Of a stretch of DNA of 64,000 nt, positions 47,675-58,400 are shown one piece after another. The notes under the pieces were generated by a model, which searched no databases, was not told the DNA's origin, and saw only the letters and a program-made list of their open reading frames with translations. Numbering within the stretch: position 1 is the stretch's first letter; the number at the start of each line of letters is the position of its first letter. The DNA is taken from positions 4,427-68,426 of the forward strand of contig JBDLRI010000098.1 in the NCBI GenBank assembly GCA_039800105.1, written 5' to 3'. Origin of the DNA: Pseudomonadota bacterium. Its GTDB lineage: Bacteria; Myxococcota_A; UBA796; SXON01. Made by a program: the position numbers and the translations under genes.

Positions 47675-48418
47675 TCACGCGCCGCGCGACAGCGACCGTC
47701 GCGCCAGCACCCGCTCCGTTCCATCCCACGCGCACAGCGCAACGCCGTCCGCGTCGACGGTTCCGTACGTGCGGTGGAGGACCCAGTCGCCCAGGTTGAG
47801 CCAAACCCCGCCGCCGACGGCCTCCAGGCACGGGGCGTGCGTGTGCCCGTGCACGACGAGCGACGCCCCAGCGGCCAGGTCCGACGATGCGCGCGCACGC
47901 TGCGCCCGGACCAGCCGCGCGCCCGGCGACGCCGGTGCCGAGGGGCGAGGCGACGACGCGCCCCCGCCGAGCCACCGCCAGACGCGATCGCGACCGGCGG
48001 CGCGGACGCACGCGTCGAGCGCCACGCGCACCCCGCCGCTTCGCAGGACGGCCGACAGGAGCCGATAGCCCGCGGTGTCGTCCGCCGAATCTCCGTGGGA
48101 GACCACCACGCGATGCCCGCAGAGCGTCGCGTCCAGCACCGGCGCGCACAGCACGCCGGTCCGCCCGGCCGCCCAGCGGGAGAGCAGGAAGTCGTGGTTG
48201 CCCGGGGTGAGCCAGAGCACCGGGACGCGCGCGAGGGCCTCCATCACCGGTGCGAGCGGCGCCGGAACGCCGTCGGCGTCGGCCAGGCCGCACGCGAACA
48301 GATCCCCCGCCACGACGAGGTGGGACGGCCGCACGGCGTCAAGGAAGGAGAGCAACGCCGCCTGACGCGGACAGTCCAGCCCGTCGGCGTGTACGTCGGA
48401 GAGCAGGACCGCCCGCAT
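47675..48418 (-). CDS. lpxH: UDP-2,3-diacylglucosamine diphosphatase-like metallophosphoesterase
   Basis: Start at ATG 48418 (MRAVLLSDVHADG). Has AGDLF, PGNHDFLL, SHGDS and VHGHTHAP, matching the LpxH motif order. The remainder of the 661-aa track ORF is spurious. Confidence 0.72.
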   Translation of the reverse strand: MRAVLLSDVHADGLDCPRQAALLSFLDAVRPSHLVVAGDLFACGLADADGVPAPLAPVMEALARVPVLWLTPGNHDFLLSRWAAGRTGVLCAPVLDATLCGHRVVVSHGDSADDTAGYRLLSAVLRSGGVRVALDACVRAAGRDRVWRWLGGGASSPRPSAPASPGARLVRAQRARASSDLAAGASLVVHGHTHAPCLEAVGGGVWLNLGDWVLHRTYGTVDADGVALCAWDGTERVLARRSLSRGA

Positions 48419-48436
48419 GCGGCTAGAACCTAGCGC

Positions 48437-49705
48437 ATGGGTCCCGGCTCCCGCATCCCCCTCGCCGAGCGCATGCGCCCACGGACGCTCGACGACATCG
48501 TCGGGCAGGATGCCCTGCTCGCGACCGGGCGCCCCTTCCGCGTGGCGCTCTCGCACGGCGCCCTGCGCTCCTGCATCCTGTGGGGACCCCCGGGAACCGG
48601 CAAGACCACGCTCGCGCGCGTGCTCGCCGACGCCGGAGGGTTTCGCCTCGTGACCCTCAGCGCCGTGCTCGCGGGGGTGAAGGAGCTTCGCGAGCTGCTG
48701 GAGGTGCCCGCCGGCTTCGACGCGCGCCCGCTGTTGCTGTTCATCGACGAGATCCACCGATGGAACAAGGCCCAGCAGGACGCGCTGCTGCCCAACGTCG
48801 AGAGCGGTCGCCTGACGCTGGTCGGCGCGACGACCGAGAACCCCGCGTTCCACCTCGTGCCGGCGCTTCGCAGCCGCGCGGAGATCGTGCCGCTCGCGCC
48901 ACTCGGCCCCGACGCCCTTCGGACGCTGCTGCGGCGTGCCGTGGAGGCACCCCACGGACTCGCACGCCCCCTCGACGACCTGGAGCCCGGCCTGCTCGAT
49001 GCGGTCATCGCCGTCAGCGACGGGGACGCCCGCCGCGCGCTCGGCATGCTCGAGCGGCTCTCGGACCGCGACGCGCTCACGCTCCAGGGGCTTCGCGACC
49101 TGGGAGTGTCCCTGCTGCACGACCGCGACGGAGATGCCCACTACGATGTCGTGAGCGCCTTCGTCAAATCGATGCGCGGCAGCGACCCGGACGCCGCGCT
49201 CTACTGGCTGGCGCGCATGCTGGAGGGCGGCGAGGACCCGCTGTTCTGTGCCCGCCGCATGGTGATCCTCGCGAGCGAGGACGTCGGAAACGCAGACCCC
49301 GCGGCGCTCCCCCTCGCGGTCGCCGCGCTGGAGGGGTGCGCCCGCATCGGGATGCCGGAAGCCCGCATCCTGCTCGGACAGTGCGCGGCCTACCTCGCGA
49401 CCGCACCCAAGAGCGACGCGGCCTACCGCGGCATCGACGCCGCCATCGAGGCGGTCCGGCGCACCGGCGCGCTGCCGGTGCCGCTGCACCTGCGCAACGC
49501 GCCGACCGGCCTCGCACGCAGCCTGGGCCACGGGGCGGACTACCGGAACCCCCACGCCTTCCCCGATCACGTCGTGGCGCAGGCGTACCTGCCGGACGGG
49601 CTCCAGGACGCGCGCTTCTACGTGCCGGTGGACCACGGACACGAAAAAGTCATCGGCCAACGTCTCGCCTGGTGGGACCGCCGGCTCCGCGGGCGCGACG
49701 GGTAG
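48437..49705 (+). CDS. rarA: Replication-associated recombination protein A (AAA+ ATPase)
   Basis: 422 aa. Has GPPGTGKTTLARVLA, LFIDEIHRWNKAQQDALLP, GATTENP and the MgsA C-terminal domain (DAALYWLARMLEGGEDP). Confidence 0.95.
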   Translation: MGPGSRIPLAERMRPRTLDDIVGQDALLATGRPFRVALSHGALRSCILWGPPGTGKTTLARVLADAGGFRLVTLSAVLAGVKELRELLEVPAGFDARPLLLFIDEIHRWNKAQQDALLPNVESGRLTLVGATTENPAFHLVPALRSRAEIVPLAPLGPDALRTLLRRAVEAPHGLARPLDDLEPGLLDAVIAVSDGDARRALGMLERLSDRDALTLQGLRDLGVSLLHDRDGDAHYDVVSAFVKSMRGSDPDAALYWLARMLEGGEDPLFCARRMVILASEDVGNADPAALPLAVAALEGCARIGMPEARILLGQCAAYLATAPKSDAAYRGIDAAIEAVRRTGALPVPLHLRNAPTGLARSLGHGADYRNPHAFPDHVVAQAYLPDGLQDARFYVPVDHGHEKVIGQRLAWWDRRLRGRDG

Positions 49706-49711
49706 ACGGGG

Positions 49712-50143
49712 TCAGACGTCGACCGGCTGCTCCTCGTGGGCCGCCGCGAACCGCACGGCGTCGCAGACCTCCGCGGCCGTGGCGCAGGCGCGTTCCAGCG
49801 TCGCGAACAGAAAGACGAAGTTCGAGTCCGCGGACATGTCCTCCACGTCGACGAGGCTCCACCCGGCGGCCTCCCATCGCGGGAGATGCTCCGCCTCGAA
49901 GGCGTCGTCGGCCTCGTCCACGAACGTGTCCAGCGCCTCGTCCGGGTCCTCCGCGCGCGACAGGATGCGCGAGCGCGGCGCGAAGGCCACGCGGCACGTC
50001 GCGACGACCACGCCCTCTTCGGCATCGTACGAGGCGCAGGGGTTCCCGTTGGGCGCCACGAACTCCGTCCATCCGGCGGGGCCGCCGGAGCCGACCTCGA
50101 TCCCCTCGGCGCGCAGACTGGCCAGTTCAGCCTCTCCGATCAT
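49712..50143 (-). CDS. Hypothetical acidic protein (143 aa)
   Basis: ATGA overlap with the upstream aminotransferase suggests co-translation. [17 protein letters not shown]... No family recognised. Confidence 0.5.
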   Translation of the reverse strand: MIGEAELASLRAEGIEVGSGGPAGWTEFVAPNGNPCASYDAEEGVVVATCRVAFAPRSRILSRAEDPDEALDTFVDEADDAFEAEHLPRWEAAGWSLVDVEDMSADSNFVFLFATLERACATAAEVCDAVRFAAAHEEQPVDV

Positions 50144-51381
50144 CGAATCCCCCTCGCGATACGGGCGACGAGGTCGGGGATGTCCTCCGCCTCGATGGAA
50201 CAGAACGCCACGCGGAGCGCGTTGACCTGCGGCACGGCGATGACCCCGACCGAATGCTCGCGGATCAGTCTCTGCCGCGTCGCCTCGCACTCCAGGTGGC
50301 GAGGAAGCTTCAGGAGCGCGAAGCAGCCGCTGTTGTAGGGCCAGGCCTCCAGGCCGTGCGCGTCCAACGCCGCCCGCAGCACCGCGTAGCGGGACGCCAG
50401 CACGTCGTGCACGGCGGCGCGCTCCTGCGCCAGCGTCGGCGAACGCAACGCGTCCAGCACGGCAGCCTGGCTGGGCGCGCTCACGGTGGAGATCGCCGCG
50501 CGGATGAGCGTCGCCGCCTTCTCCTCGAGCGCGTCGGCCGCGGGACCCTCCGCCGAGAAGGTCACGAACCCGACGCGACCGCCGAAGAACACCAGCTCCT
50601 TCGTGGCGCCGTCGACCTTGCAGACCACGCCGCGCGCCGGGTCGATGGCCCGCGCGAGCGCGCCGTACAGGCTGCGTCCGTAGGAGTCCGGCTCGAAGTA
50701 CAGTCCGTTGTACGCGTCGTCGCACACGACGGCCACGGGGTGCGGGAGGTCCGCCAATGCCGTCGCGAGCGCATCGACCTCGTCGGGGTACGGGGAGTAT
50801 CCGGTGGGGTTGCTCGGGAAGTTCAGCAGGATGCAGGCCGGTCCGTTCACCGTCCGCACCGCCGCGACGAGGGCGGAGACGTTGAAGCGCCCGTCCTCGC
50901 CGAAGAAAGGGTACGTCACGATCGGACACCCCGTCTTCAGGCTGAAGATCAGCTCGTAGTTGTCCCAGTACGGCACACCGACGACGAGCGGCACCTTCGG
51001 ACCGGTGAACAGCTCCGCGCAGATGGACAACGCGTGCGTGATGCCCGACGTGACGACCGGCATGCTGACCGGCGTGCCCGGCTCGGCGATCTGGTCACGC
51101 CACGCGGACCTCAGCTCCGAAAATCCGTACTGCGGCGGGTACAGCAACGCCTGACGCGGATCCAGCGTCGCGAAGTGGCGCGAGAGCGACGGAATCGTCA
51201 ACGGCTCGCCGCCGCCATCGGTGATCTCCCCGATCGTGGCGCGGCGGTCGACGTGGCGCGCCTGCGCCGCCTGCTGCGGAATGCCCAGGGGCAGGAAGGC
51301 CCGGCGCCCCAGGTCGGACAGCATCGTCCACGCGCCCGGGTGGGCGGCCGAGAGACGCTCGTTGAGCTGGACCACGGGCAT
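50140..51381 (-). CDS. Class I/II PLP-dependent aminotransferase
   Basis: Start preferred at ATG 51381 ([10 protein letters not shown]), to avoid overlapping the divergent cbbQ-like start. Has [13 protein letters not shown], the DDAYNGLYF motif and [15 protein letters not shown] (PLP Lys). Confidence 0.8.
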   Translation of the reverse strand: MPVVQLNERLSAAHPGAWTMLSDLGRRAFLPLGIPQQAAQARHVDRRATIGEITDGGGEPLTIPSLSRHFATLDPRQALLYPPQYGFSELRSAWRDQIAEPGTPVSMPVVTSGITHALSICAELFTGPKVPLVVGVPYWDNYELIFSLKTGCPIVTYPFFGEDGRFNVSALVAAVRTVNGPACILLNFPSNPTGYSPYPDEVDALATALADLPHPVAVVCDDAYNGLYFEPDSYGRSLYGALARAIDPARGVVCKVDGATKELVFFGGRVGFVTFSAEGPAADALEEKAATLIRAAISTVSAPSQAAVLDALRSPTLAQERAAVHDVLASRYAVLRAALDAHGLEAWPYNSGCFALLKLPRHLECEATRQRLIREHSVGVIAVPQVNALRVAFCSIEAEDIPDLVARIARGIR

Positions 51382-51427
51382 GCGGCTCCGGGTGGCGGTG
51401 GCGCGGGGCGTCGCATACGGGAGCACC

Positions 51428-52240
51428 GTGCGCGTGATCACCCCGCCAGTAGAGGAATTCGTGGTAACCCGCGAACCGTTCTACGTGCCGCAGGGAGACG
51501 AGGCGGAGGTGTTCGCGCACGCGGCACGCGCCGCCCTGCCGGTGTTGCTCAAGGGGCCCACCGGCGTCGGCAAGACCCGCTTCGTCACGGCGATGGCGCA
51601 TCGCCTCGGTCGCCCCCTCGTGACCGTCGCGTGTCACGAGGACCTCTCCGCAAGCGACCTGGTCGGCCGATTCCTGCTCGACGGCGACGAGACCGTCTGG
51701 GTCGACGGGCCGCTCACGGCGGCGGTGCGGCACGGCGCCGTGCTGTACCTCGACGAGGTCGTCGAGGCGCGCAAGGACACGCTCGTCGTCATCCATCCCC
51801 TCTCCGACGACCGCCGGATGCTTCCCGTGGACCGCCTCGGAACGGTGCTTCACGCACCTCCGGGGTTCCTGCTCGTGATGAGCTACAACCCCGGCTACCA
51901 GTCGGTGCTGAAGGACCTCAAGCCCAGCACGCGCCAGCGCTTCGTGTCCATCGACCTGGGCTACCCGGGCGCCGAGGTCGAGGCGCGCGTCCTGGTGGCC
52001 GAAGGCGGCGTGGACGCCGCCATGGCCCAGCGGCTGGTGCGCATCGCGGGCAACCTGCGCAACCTCGCGGACCGCGGGCTGGAGGACGGACCCGGGACGC
52101 GCACGCTCGTCCACGCGGCGCGCCTCATCGCGTCCGGGCTGACACCGCGCGCCGCCTGCGAGGCCGCGCTGGTGCGCACGCTCACGGACTCGCACGACCT
52201 CCAGGACACGCTCCGGGCGCTCGTGCACGACGTGGTCTGA
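51428..52240 (+). CDS. CbbQ/NirQ/NorQ/GvpN-family MoxR-like AAA+ ATPase
   Basis: GTG start at 51428 or 51434, with GGGGAG upstream. Has [28 protein letters not shown] (Walker A), [10 protein letters not shown] (Walker B) and VMSYNPGYQ. About 270 aa. Confidence 0.85.
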   Translation: MRVITPPVEEFVVTREPFYVPQGDEAEVFAHAARAALPVLLKGPTGVGKTRFVTAMAHRLGRPLVTVACHEDLSASDLVGRFLLDGDETVWVDGPLTAAVRHGAVLYLDEVVEARKDTLVVIHPLSDDRRMLPVDRLGTVLHAPPGFLLVMSYNPGYQSVLKDLKPSTRQRFVSIDLGYPGAEVEARVLVAEGGVDAAMAQRLVRIAGNLRNLADRGLEDGPGTRTLVHAARLIASGLTPRAACEAALVRTLTDSHDLQDTLRALVHDVV

Positions 52241-52246
52241 GCGCCC

Positions 52247-54502
52247 ATGGCGCCGTCGCCGCTGCACGCGCGCGCCCATGCACGGCGACTGGCCACGCGG
52301 CGCATCCTCGCGCGGGTTCTCGGTTCCACCGCCGCGGGCGCGTGGGACGACGCGCTCGCATACGCCACCACGTCCCGCCCGAATCTCGCGGAGCGCGTGG
52401 AGCGGGGGCTGCCCGGCATGCTCGCGCGCTTCCCGCCGGCGCGACACGTCGAGGCCGGCGCGCTGCTCCGGGAGGTCCTCGCGTCGCGGCCCGATCTGCT
52501 CGACGTGGCGCTCGAGGAGCTCCCGGAGCTGGCGCTCGGGATGGACCCGCCGGCGCTGGGGCGTTTCGTGCGCCACGCGCTCCGCCAGCGTGACGCGGGC
52601 GCCTGCCTGGCGCGGGCCACGTCGCGCGCGGTCGCGTCCGCCCACGCAGCGACCGGAACCGTGCCGCTCGAGGCGCTGCGGCCGATGCTCGCGCGCTACA
52701 TCGCGGCGCATGCCGGGGTGCCCGTGCGCCTCGAGGAGGGGGCCCCCGGCCTGCCGCGCCCCACCCACGTGGCGCTGCCGGCGCACATCGAACTGGGCCC
52801 GGGCCGGGAGGAGGAGGCGCGCGCGCACTACCTCGGCCTCGCGCTGCTCGCGGCGGCGCACCTCGAGTTCGGCAGCCGCACCCTGAGGCTCGACACCCTG
52901 GGCCCGCCCGACGGCGGTGCCTGGCCCGACGCCCACGACGGCGAGGACACGCTCGACGTGTTCCTGCGGGCCTTTCCGATGCCCTCGCTGGCGCGGGATC
53001 TCTACGAGGCGGTGGAAGGTGCGCGCGTGCTCCGTGCCGTGCGGCAGCGGTACCCCGCCGCGGCCGAGCGCACGGCCGCCGCACGTGCGTGGGCGCTCGC
53101 CCGGCGTGCTCCGTCGCCCCTCACCCCGCGACTGGATGCGCTGGTTCGTGGGGCGGGGGGGCATCCCCCCGCAACGCCCCCCGCGTCGGGATCCGACGAT
53201 GTCGCGGTGCAGGCCTGGGTCGCGCGCTGGGGTCCCGGGTTCCATGCGGCGCGCGACGGTACCGCGGAGGACTCGGCACGCTGGACCGCACGCGTCTACG
53301 CGGAGGCGCAGGCCAGCCTCCCACGCGCCCCGCACCGCGCGACGCCGGCCCCTCCCCCAACGGCCACGCCTCGTCCGGGCCGACCCGCCGCGCCGCGGGA
53401 CCTGCGGCACCCCGCGCCCCCGGCCGCGCCGCACGTGCCCCACGCACCACGCAGCACCGCCGGGGACGCTGACGCCATCGACGCGGAGGACGGGCGAGGC
53501 GCGTTCGTGGAGCGCCACCGTGACCCCGCGGCGACGCGCACCGCGACGCGTGCGCCCGGCTCCGAGCCGCTCCGGGAGCTTCCGACGGTCGGAGAGGCGG
53601 TGGTGACGATGCTCCCGGAGTGGGATTGCGAACTCGGGGACCACCGTCCCGACTGGGTGCGCGTCGTGGAGCGCCGCGTGGCGCCGGGTCCCCGCGCGTT
53701 CGCCGACGACGTGCGCCATCGGGAGGCCGCACGGATCGACCGGCTCCGTCGTGCCTTCGAGGCGCTCCGACCGGACGCACGCGCCCGTCGGCGGCACGAA
53801 CCCGACGGGGACGACCTCGACGTCGACCGCGCCGTCGAGGAGGCCCTCGGACGGCGCGCGGGCGCGCCGCTGCCGTCGCGCGCCCACGTCCGCACCGTGC
53901 GGCTCACCCGGGACGTCGCCATCGGCTTCCTGCTCGACGTCAGCAGCTCGACGAACGAGAGCCCCGACGGCTCGGGCGCGCGCGTCATCGACGTGCAGCG
54001 CACGGCCCTGATCGTGGCGGGGGACGCGCTCGCGGCCTCGGGGGACCCGTTCGCCGCGTGGGCCTACTCGGGCGCGGGCCGCGGCCGCGTGGACGTGTAC
54101 GTCGCGAAGGACTTCCACGATCCCTGGGACGACCTCGCCGCCCGCCGCGTCGGCGCCCTTCGCCCGAGCATGGAGAATCGAGACGGCGCCGCAATCCGCC
54201 ACGCCGCGCGACGCATGGCCGCGGCACCCGCCCGCCACCGACTGCTCGTGGTGCTCTCCGACGGGCGGCCGCTCGACTGCGCCTGCCCCGTGTACCGCGA
54301 CCGCTACGCGGTGGAGGACACCCGCGCCGCCCTCCGAGAGGCGCGGGCCATGGGCGTGCATCCCTTCTGTGTGACGGTCGACGCGCAGGCGCGCAGCTAC
54401 CTGGCGGACATGGCGGGCACGGTGTCCTACACGGTGATCGAGCGCGCCGATCAGCTCCCGGAGCGCCTGGTCGACGTGGTGCGGCGGCTCACCGCGCGCT
54501 GA
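52247..54502 (+). CDS. CbbO/NorD-like protein with C-terminal von Willebrand factor A domain
   Basis: 751 aa. Has LPEWDCELGDHRPDWVRVVE, the CbbO/NorD signature. The VWA domain has the MIDAS-like motif LLDVSSSTNES and later LVVLSDGRPLD. Repeat copy 8 lies in the N-terminal region (RGAGGHPPATPPA). Confidence 0.8.
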   Translation: MAPSPLHARAHARRLATRRILARVLGSTAAGAWDDALAYATTSRPNLAERVERGLPGMLARFPPARHVEAGALLREVLASRPDLLDVALEELPELALGMDPPALGRFVRHALRQRDAGACLARATSRAVASAHAATGTVPLEALRPMLARYIAAHAGVPVRLEEGAPGLPRPTHVALPAHIELGPGREEEARAHYLGLALLAAAHLEFGSRTLRLDTLGPPDGGAWPDAHDGEDTLDVFLRAFPMPSLARDLYEAVEGARVLRAVRQRYPAAAERTAAARAWALARRAPSPLTPRLDALVRGAGGHPPATPPASGSDDVAVQAWVARWGPGFHAARDGTAEDSARWTARVYAEAQASLPRAPHRATPAPPPTATPRPGRPAAPRDLRHPAPPAAPHVPHAPRSTAGDADAIDAEDGRGAFVERHRDPAATRTATRAPGSEPLRELPTVGEAVVTMLPEWDCELGDHRPDWVRVVERRVAPGPRAFADDVRHREAARIDRLRRAFEALRPDARARRRHEPDGDDLDVDRAVEEALGRRAGAPLPSRAHVRTVRLTRDVAIGFLLDVSSSTNESPDGSGARVIDVQRTALIVAGDALAASGDPFAAWAYSGAGRGRVDVYVAKDFHDPWDDLAARRVGALRPSMENRDGAAIRHAARRMAAAPARHRLLVVLSDGRPLDCACPVYRDRYAVEDTRAALREARAMGVHPFCVTVDAQARSYLADMAGTVSYTVIERADQLPERLVDVVRRLTAR
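53149..53182 (+). repeat. GC-rich hairpin repeat, copy 8
   Basis: TGGGGCGGGGGGGCATCCCCCCGCAACGCCCCCC. Lies inside the CbbO/NorD-like CDS. Confidence 0.9.
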
Positions 54503-54523
54503 GCGAGACGTTGCGGCAGACCC

Positions 54524-55135
54524 GTGCGTGACGTAGGGCATCCCGTGGCCACGCCGGACCCTCCCACCTTCCCCGGCGCCCCGGCGGGGGGCGGGATCGT
54601 CCTGCTCACGGACATGCAGCACCAGGACACGGCACGGATGCGCGCCGCAGAACTGGCGCGGGACGGGTGGACGGTTCAGGTGGTTCACGGTCCGTTCGAC
54701 GCCGACGCGCACGCGCTCGCTGCCCTGGTCACGGCACGGCGCTCGCTCCCCGGGAGCGGCCCACGGGTGGCACTCGGCCTCGGACCCGACGCCGGGCTGG
54801 CGTCGCGGCTCGCGGGCAGCGTCTCCGTCGGCTGGGCGGCGGTCGTGGAGTTCCACGGCCGCATCCTCCACGCCACCCTGCGGCCGGAGCGCCCCGCGCA
54901 ACCGCTGGACCTGTTCACCGGGTTGGCCTGTCCGTGGCTCGGCCACTTCGCGGAGGCGGACGCCGAGGTGCCGAACAGCCACGTGGCGGTGCTCGCGGAG
55001 AAGCTCTCGGGTCTGCCGGCCTCGACGCTCCTGTTCACGTACCCGGGCCTGGACGCCGCGGGCGTGGGCGCGGACGCCTGCGCATGGGCGCGGACGAGGA
55101 CGTTCCTTGGGCACATCCGCGCGGCCGCGGGATAG
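54524..55135 (+). CDS. Dienelactone-hydrolase-fold-like protein, catalytic triad not recognisable
   Basis: 203 aa with a GTG start. The overall pattern (GIVLLTD...ELARDGW.V...VALGLG...EFHG) resembles the DLH family. I cannot find the nucleophile (GxCxG) or the terminal His. Confidence 0.45.
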   Translation: MRDVGHPVATPDPPTFPGAPAGGGIVLLTDMQHQDTARMRAAELARDGWTVQVVHGPFDADAHALAALVTARRSLPGSGPRVALGLGPDAGLASRLAGSVSVGWAAVVEFHGRILHATLRPERPAQPLDLFTGLACPWLGHFAEADAEVPNSHVAVLAEKLSGLPASTLLFTYPGLDAAGVGADACAWARTRTFLGHIRAAAG

Positions 55136-55145
55136 ATGAAGCCGC

Positions 55146-55457
55146 ATGACGACGGACCTTCTCGACCTTCGACCGATCTCCCTGCTGGCGACCCCGTCCG
55201 ACGATGCGTTCGACGACGACCCCGCCGACGACGAGGAGGTCTTCGACGACGACGACTTCGATGACGACGATGTCTTCGAGGATGACGAGGAGGACGACTG
55301 GGACGCGGAGGAGGACGGCGACTCCGACGACGACCCGGAGTCGGAGGACGACGACGACGACGACGAGGACGACGAGGACGACGAGGACGACGAAGGGGAC
55401 GAGGACGACGACGACGATTGGGAGGACGAGGACGACTGGATCGTCGAGGGCGGGTAG
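55146..55457 (+). CDS. Hyper-acidic low-complexity protein (about 65 of 103 residues Asp/Glu)
   Basis: MTTDLLDLRPISLLATPSDDAFDDD...DDEDDEDDEGDEDDDDDWEDEDDWIVEGG. It has an ordinary N-terminal 20 aa, ATG start, GC-rich GAC/GAG codons, and same-strand position 10 nt after the preceding gene. The antisense frame is a poly-Ser artefact. Confidence 0.5.
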   Translation: MTTDLLDLRPISLLATPSDDAFDDDPADDEEVFDDDDFDDDDVFEDDEEDDWDAEEDGDSDDDPESEDDDDDDEDDEDDEDDEGDEDDDDDWEDEDDWIVEGG

Positions 55458-55482
55458 GGCCGTGTCGCGCCGACCGGGCCCT

Positions 55483-58400
55483 TCATCGGAAATCCCGGCT
55501 CCGCGCAGGTAGCCGGGGAATCTGCGGCACGGCCCGAATGCCCTGCGCGAGCACGCTGACCGCCGCCCCCTGGCGCTGGACGATGCCGGAGATCCGGAGG
55601 TACGGCTCGCCGCGGACCACGCTTCGGCGGCGCTCGTAGAGCGTCGGCCACACCACCACGTTGGCCGTGCCGGTCTCATCCTCCAGCCCGAGGAACACCA
55701 CCCCCGAGGCCGTTCCGGGTCGCTGCCGGTGCGCCACGAGGCCGGCGATCTCCACGCGCGTGCCGTGCGCGAGCCCGGAGAGGCCGGCCAGGGAGATGAC
55801 CCCCTCGTGCGTGAGTTGCGCGCGTACGATCCCGAGCGGATGCTCCCCGACGTCAAGGCCCACGGCGCCGTAGGCCTCCCGGAGCGCCTCGAACGGTGCC
55901 ATGGGCGGAAGCTCCACGTCGCAGGACGGCTCGATCCCCGCGAACAGCCCGGCGTCGAGCGCCCCGACCGCCCACGCCGCCGTACGCGACGAGGGAGCTT
56001 CCAGCAGGCCGTCGAGCGCCCCGGCGCGGGCCAGCCGACGCAGGACTCCCCGCCCGAGGCCGGTCCGACGCGCGAGGTCCGCGAGGCCCGAGAAGTCGCG
56101 GACGTGCCGTGCGGCCACCACCCGCTGCCCGTCCTCCGCCCCCAGGCCGCGGACCATCCGCAGCCCGAGCCGCAACGCGGGGCCGTCCACGCCCCCCTCC
56201 AGGGAGCAGTCCCACGACGACGCCCGCACGTCGACCGGCCGCACCTCGACCCCGTGGCGCTGGGCATCCGCGACGAGGGAGCGCGGGGCGTAGAACCCCA
56301 TCGGCTGGCTGTCGAGCAGGGCCGCGCAGAACGCCGCCGGATGGTGCGTGCGAAGCCACGCGGACACGTAGACCAGATGGGCGAAGGAGGCGGCGTGGGA
56401 CTCCGGGAATCCGTACTCCGCGAACCCCTGGATCTGGGCGAAGATCTGGGCGGCATAGTCCTCGGGGATCCCGTTCGCCCGCAGACCGGCCTGGAGCCGC
56501 TCCCCGATGGGACCGAGCGCGCCGCGGCGTCGCCAGGCGCCCATGGCACGACGGAGCTGGTCCGCCTCTCCCGGCGTGAAGCCACCCACCGCCACGGCCA
56601 TCGCCATGACCTGCTCCTGGAAGATCGGGACCCCGAGCGTGCGTGCCAGAATCGGCTCCAGGCGGGGATCCACGTAGGAAACCTCCTCCTCCCCGGCGCG
56701 GCGGCGCAGGTAGGGGTGGACCATGCCGCCCTGGATCGGGCCCGGCCGCACGATCGCCGTCTCCACGACGAGATCGTAGAAGCACCGGGGTTTCAGTCGC
56801 GGCAGCATGCCCTGCTGGGCCCGGCTCTCGACCTGGAACACACCCGTCGAATCGGCCGCGCAGAGCAGCTCGTAGACCGCCGGGTCCTCGCGCGGGATGG
56901 ACGCGAGATCGAGCTGGACGCCGTGAAAGGCGCGCACGTGGTCGAAGGCGCGCCGGATCGCCGTGAGCATCCCGAGCGACAGGAGGTCCACCTTCACGAA
57001 CCCGAGCGCGTCCACGTCGTCCTTGTCCCACTGCAGCACCGTGCGCCCCTCCATGCGGGCGGGCTCGATGGGCGCGCGGTCGCACAGGGGCGGGTCGGAG
57101 ATCACGAAGCCGCCCACGTGGACGGAGGTGTGCCGGGGCGCCCCCTGCAGCTGCGCGCACATGGTGTGGACATGGACCACGCGCGGATCGTCGGGATCGA
57201 AACCGGCCTCGCGCAGCCGCACGGGATCGGGGGGGCCGCGGCGTCCGTGGTCGAGCAGTCCGGCCAGGTGCTCCACGCGCTCGGCGTCGAGGCCCATCGC
57301 GCGCCCGACGTCCCGCACCGCCGAACGCCCCCGCCAGCGGATCACCTCGTTCACCATGGCGGCGCGGTCGCGCCCGTAGCGTTCGTAGACGTACTGGAGC
57401 ACCTCCTCCCGCCGCTCGTGCTCGAAGTCGATGTCGATGTCGGGCGGCTCCCCCCGCTCCTCCGAGATGAACCGCTCGAAGAGCAGGGACTGATGCGCAG
57501 GATCGACGGAGGTGACCCCCAGGACGAAGCACACCGCGGAGTTGGCCGCGCTGCCCCGTCCCTGGCACAGGATCCCGCGTTCGCGCGCGAACCGGACGAT
57601 GTCGTGCACGGTCAGGAAGTAGGACGCGAACCCGAGGCGCTCGATGATCCCAAGCTCGTACGCGACCTGCCGCGCCACCGACGCGGGCGGTCGACCGGCA
57701 TAGCGGGCATGCATCCCGCGACGGCACAGCTCCCGAAGCCAGCCCGACGGGGTGTAGCCGCCCTCCCCTCCCCCGCCGGGGACCACCTCCTGCGGGTACA
57801 CGTAGGAGAGCGCCTCCATCGAGAACGTGCACTGCTCCGCGATCCCGACCGTGCGTTCAAGGAGGGCGGGCCAGGCGTGGAACAGCCGCGCCATCTCCTC
57901 CGGCGACTTCAGGTACCGCTCGGCGTTCGGGGCGAGGAGCCTTCCTGCGCGGGCCAGGGTGGTCCCGCGACGGATGCAGGTGAGCACGTCGAGCAGATCC
58001 CCGCGGGATGCGTCGTGGGCCAGCACGTCTCCGACCGCGACCGCGGGGATGCCCAGCGCTTCGGCCTCCTCCACCAGGGCGCCGACCCGCGCCTCCTCCC
58101 CGGGGGCGAGGCTGCGCGACACCGCGCGGTAGACCCGTTCCGGCGCGGCCTCCCGCAGCTCCGCGAGGCGGGACGCGGGCCAGTCGCCGCGCGGCAGCAG
58201 GATCAGCCCGTCCGCGTCCTCGCGTACCCGCGCGTAGGAGAGCGAAGGGTGGTCGCGGTCGGCGGCCCTCGCCTCCCCGATCCAGCGGCACAGGCGCGCC
58301 CAGCCCCCCGCATCGCGCACCAGCACGCCGAGGGAGCGCAGCGTCCCGGGTGCCTCCCCCTCCGGCATCCGCACGGCGACGAGCGCCCCGTGGAGGGCCC

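Noticed and set aside
55456-55482. Hairpin AGGGCC-N15-GGCCCT between the acidic ORF and dnaE2, considered as a bidirectional terminator.
   Set aside because: The stem is short and interrupted, the loop is large, and there is no U-tract on either strand.
51095-55651. 1518-aa minus-strand ORF with a long poly-Ser tract (SSSSSQSSSSSSSPSSSS...).
   Set aside because: The poly-Ser is simply the antisense reading of the GAC/GAG acidic tract at 55146-55457. The rest is antisense to the cbbQ/cbbO-like genes.
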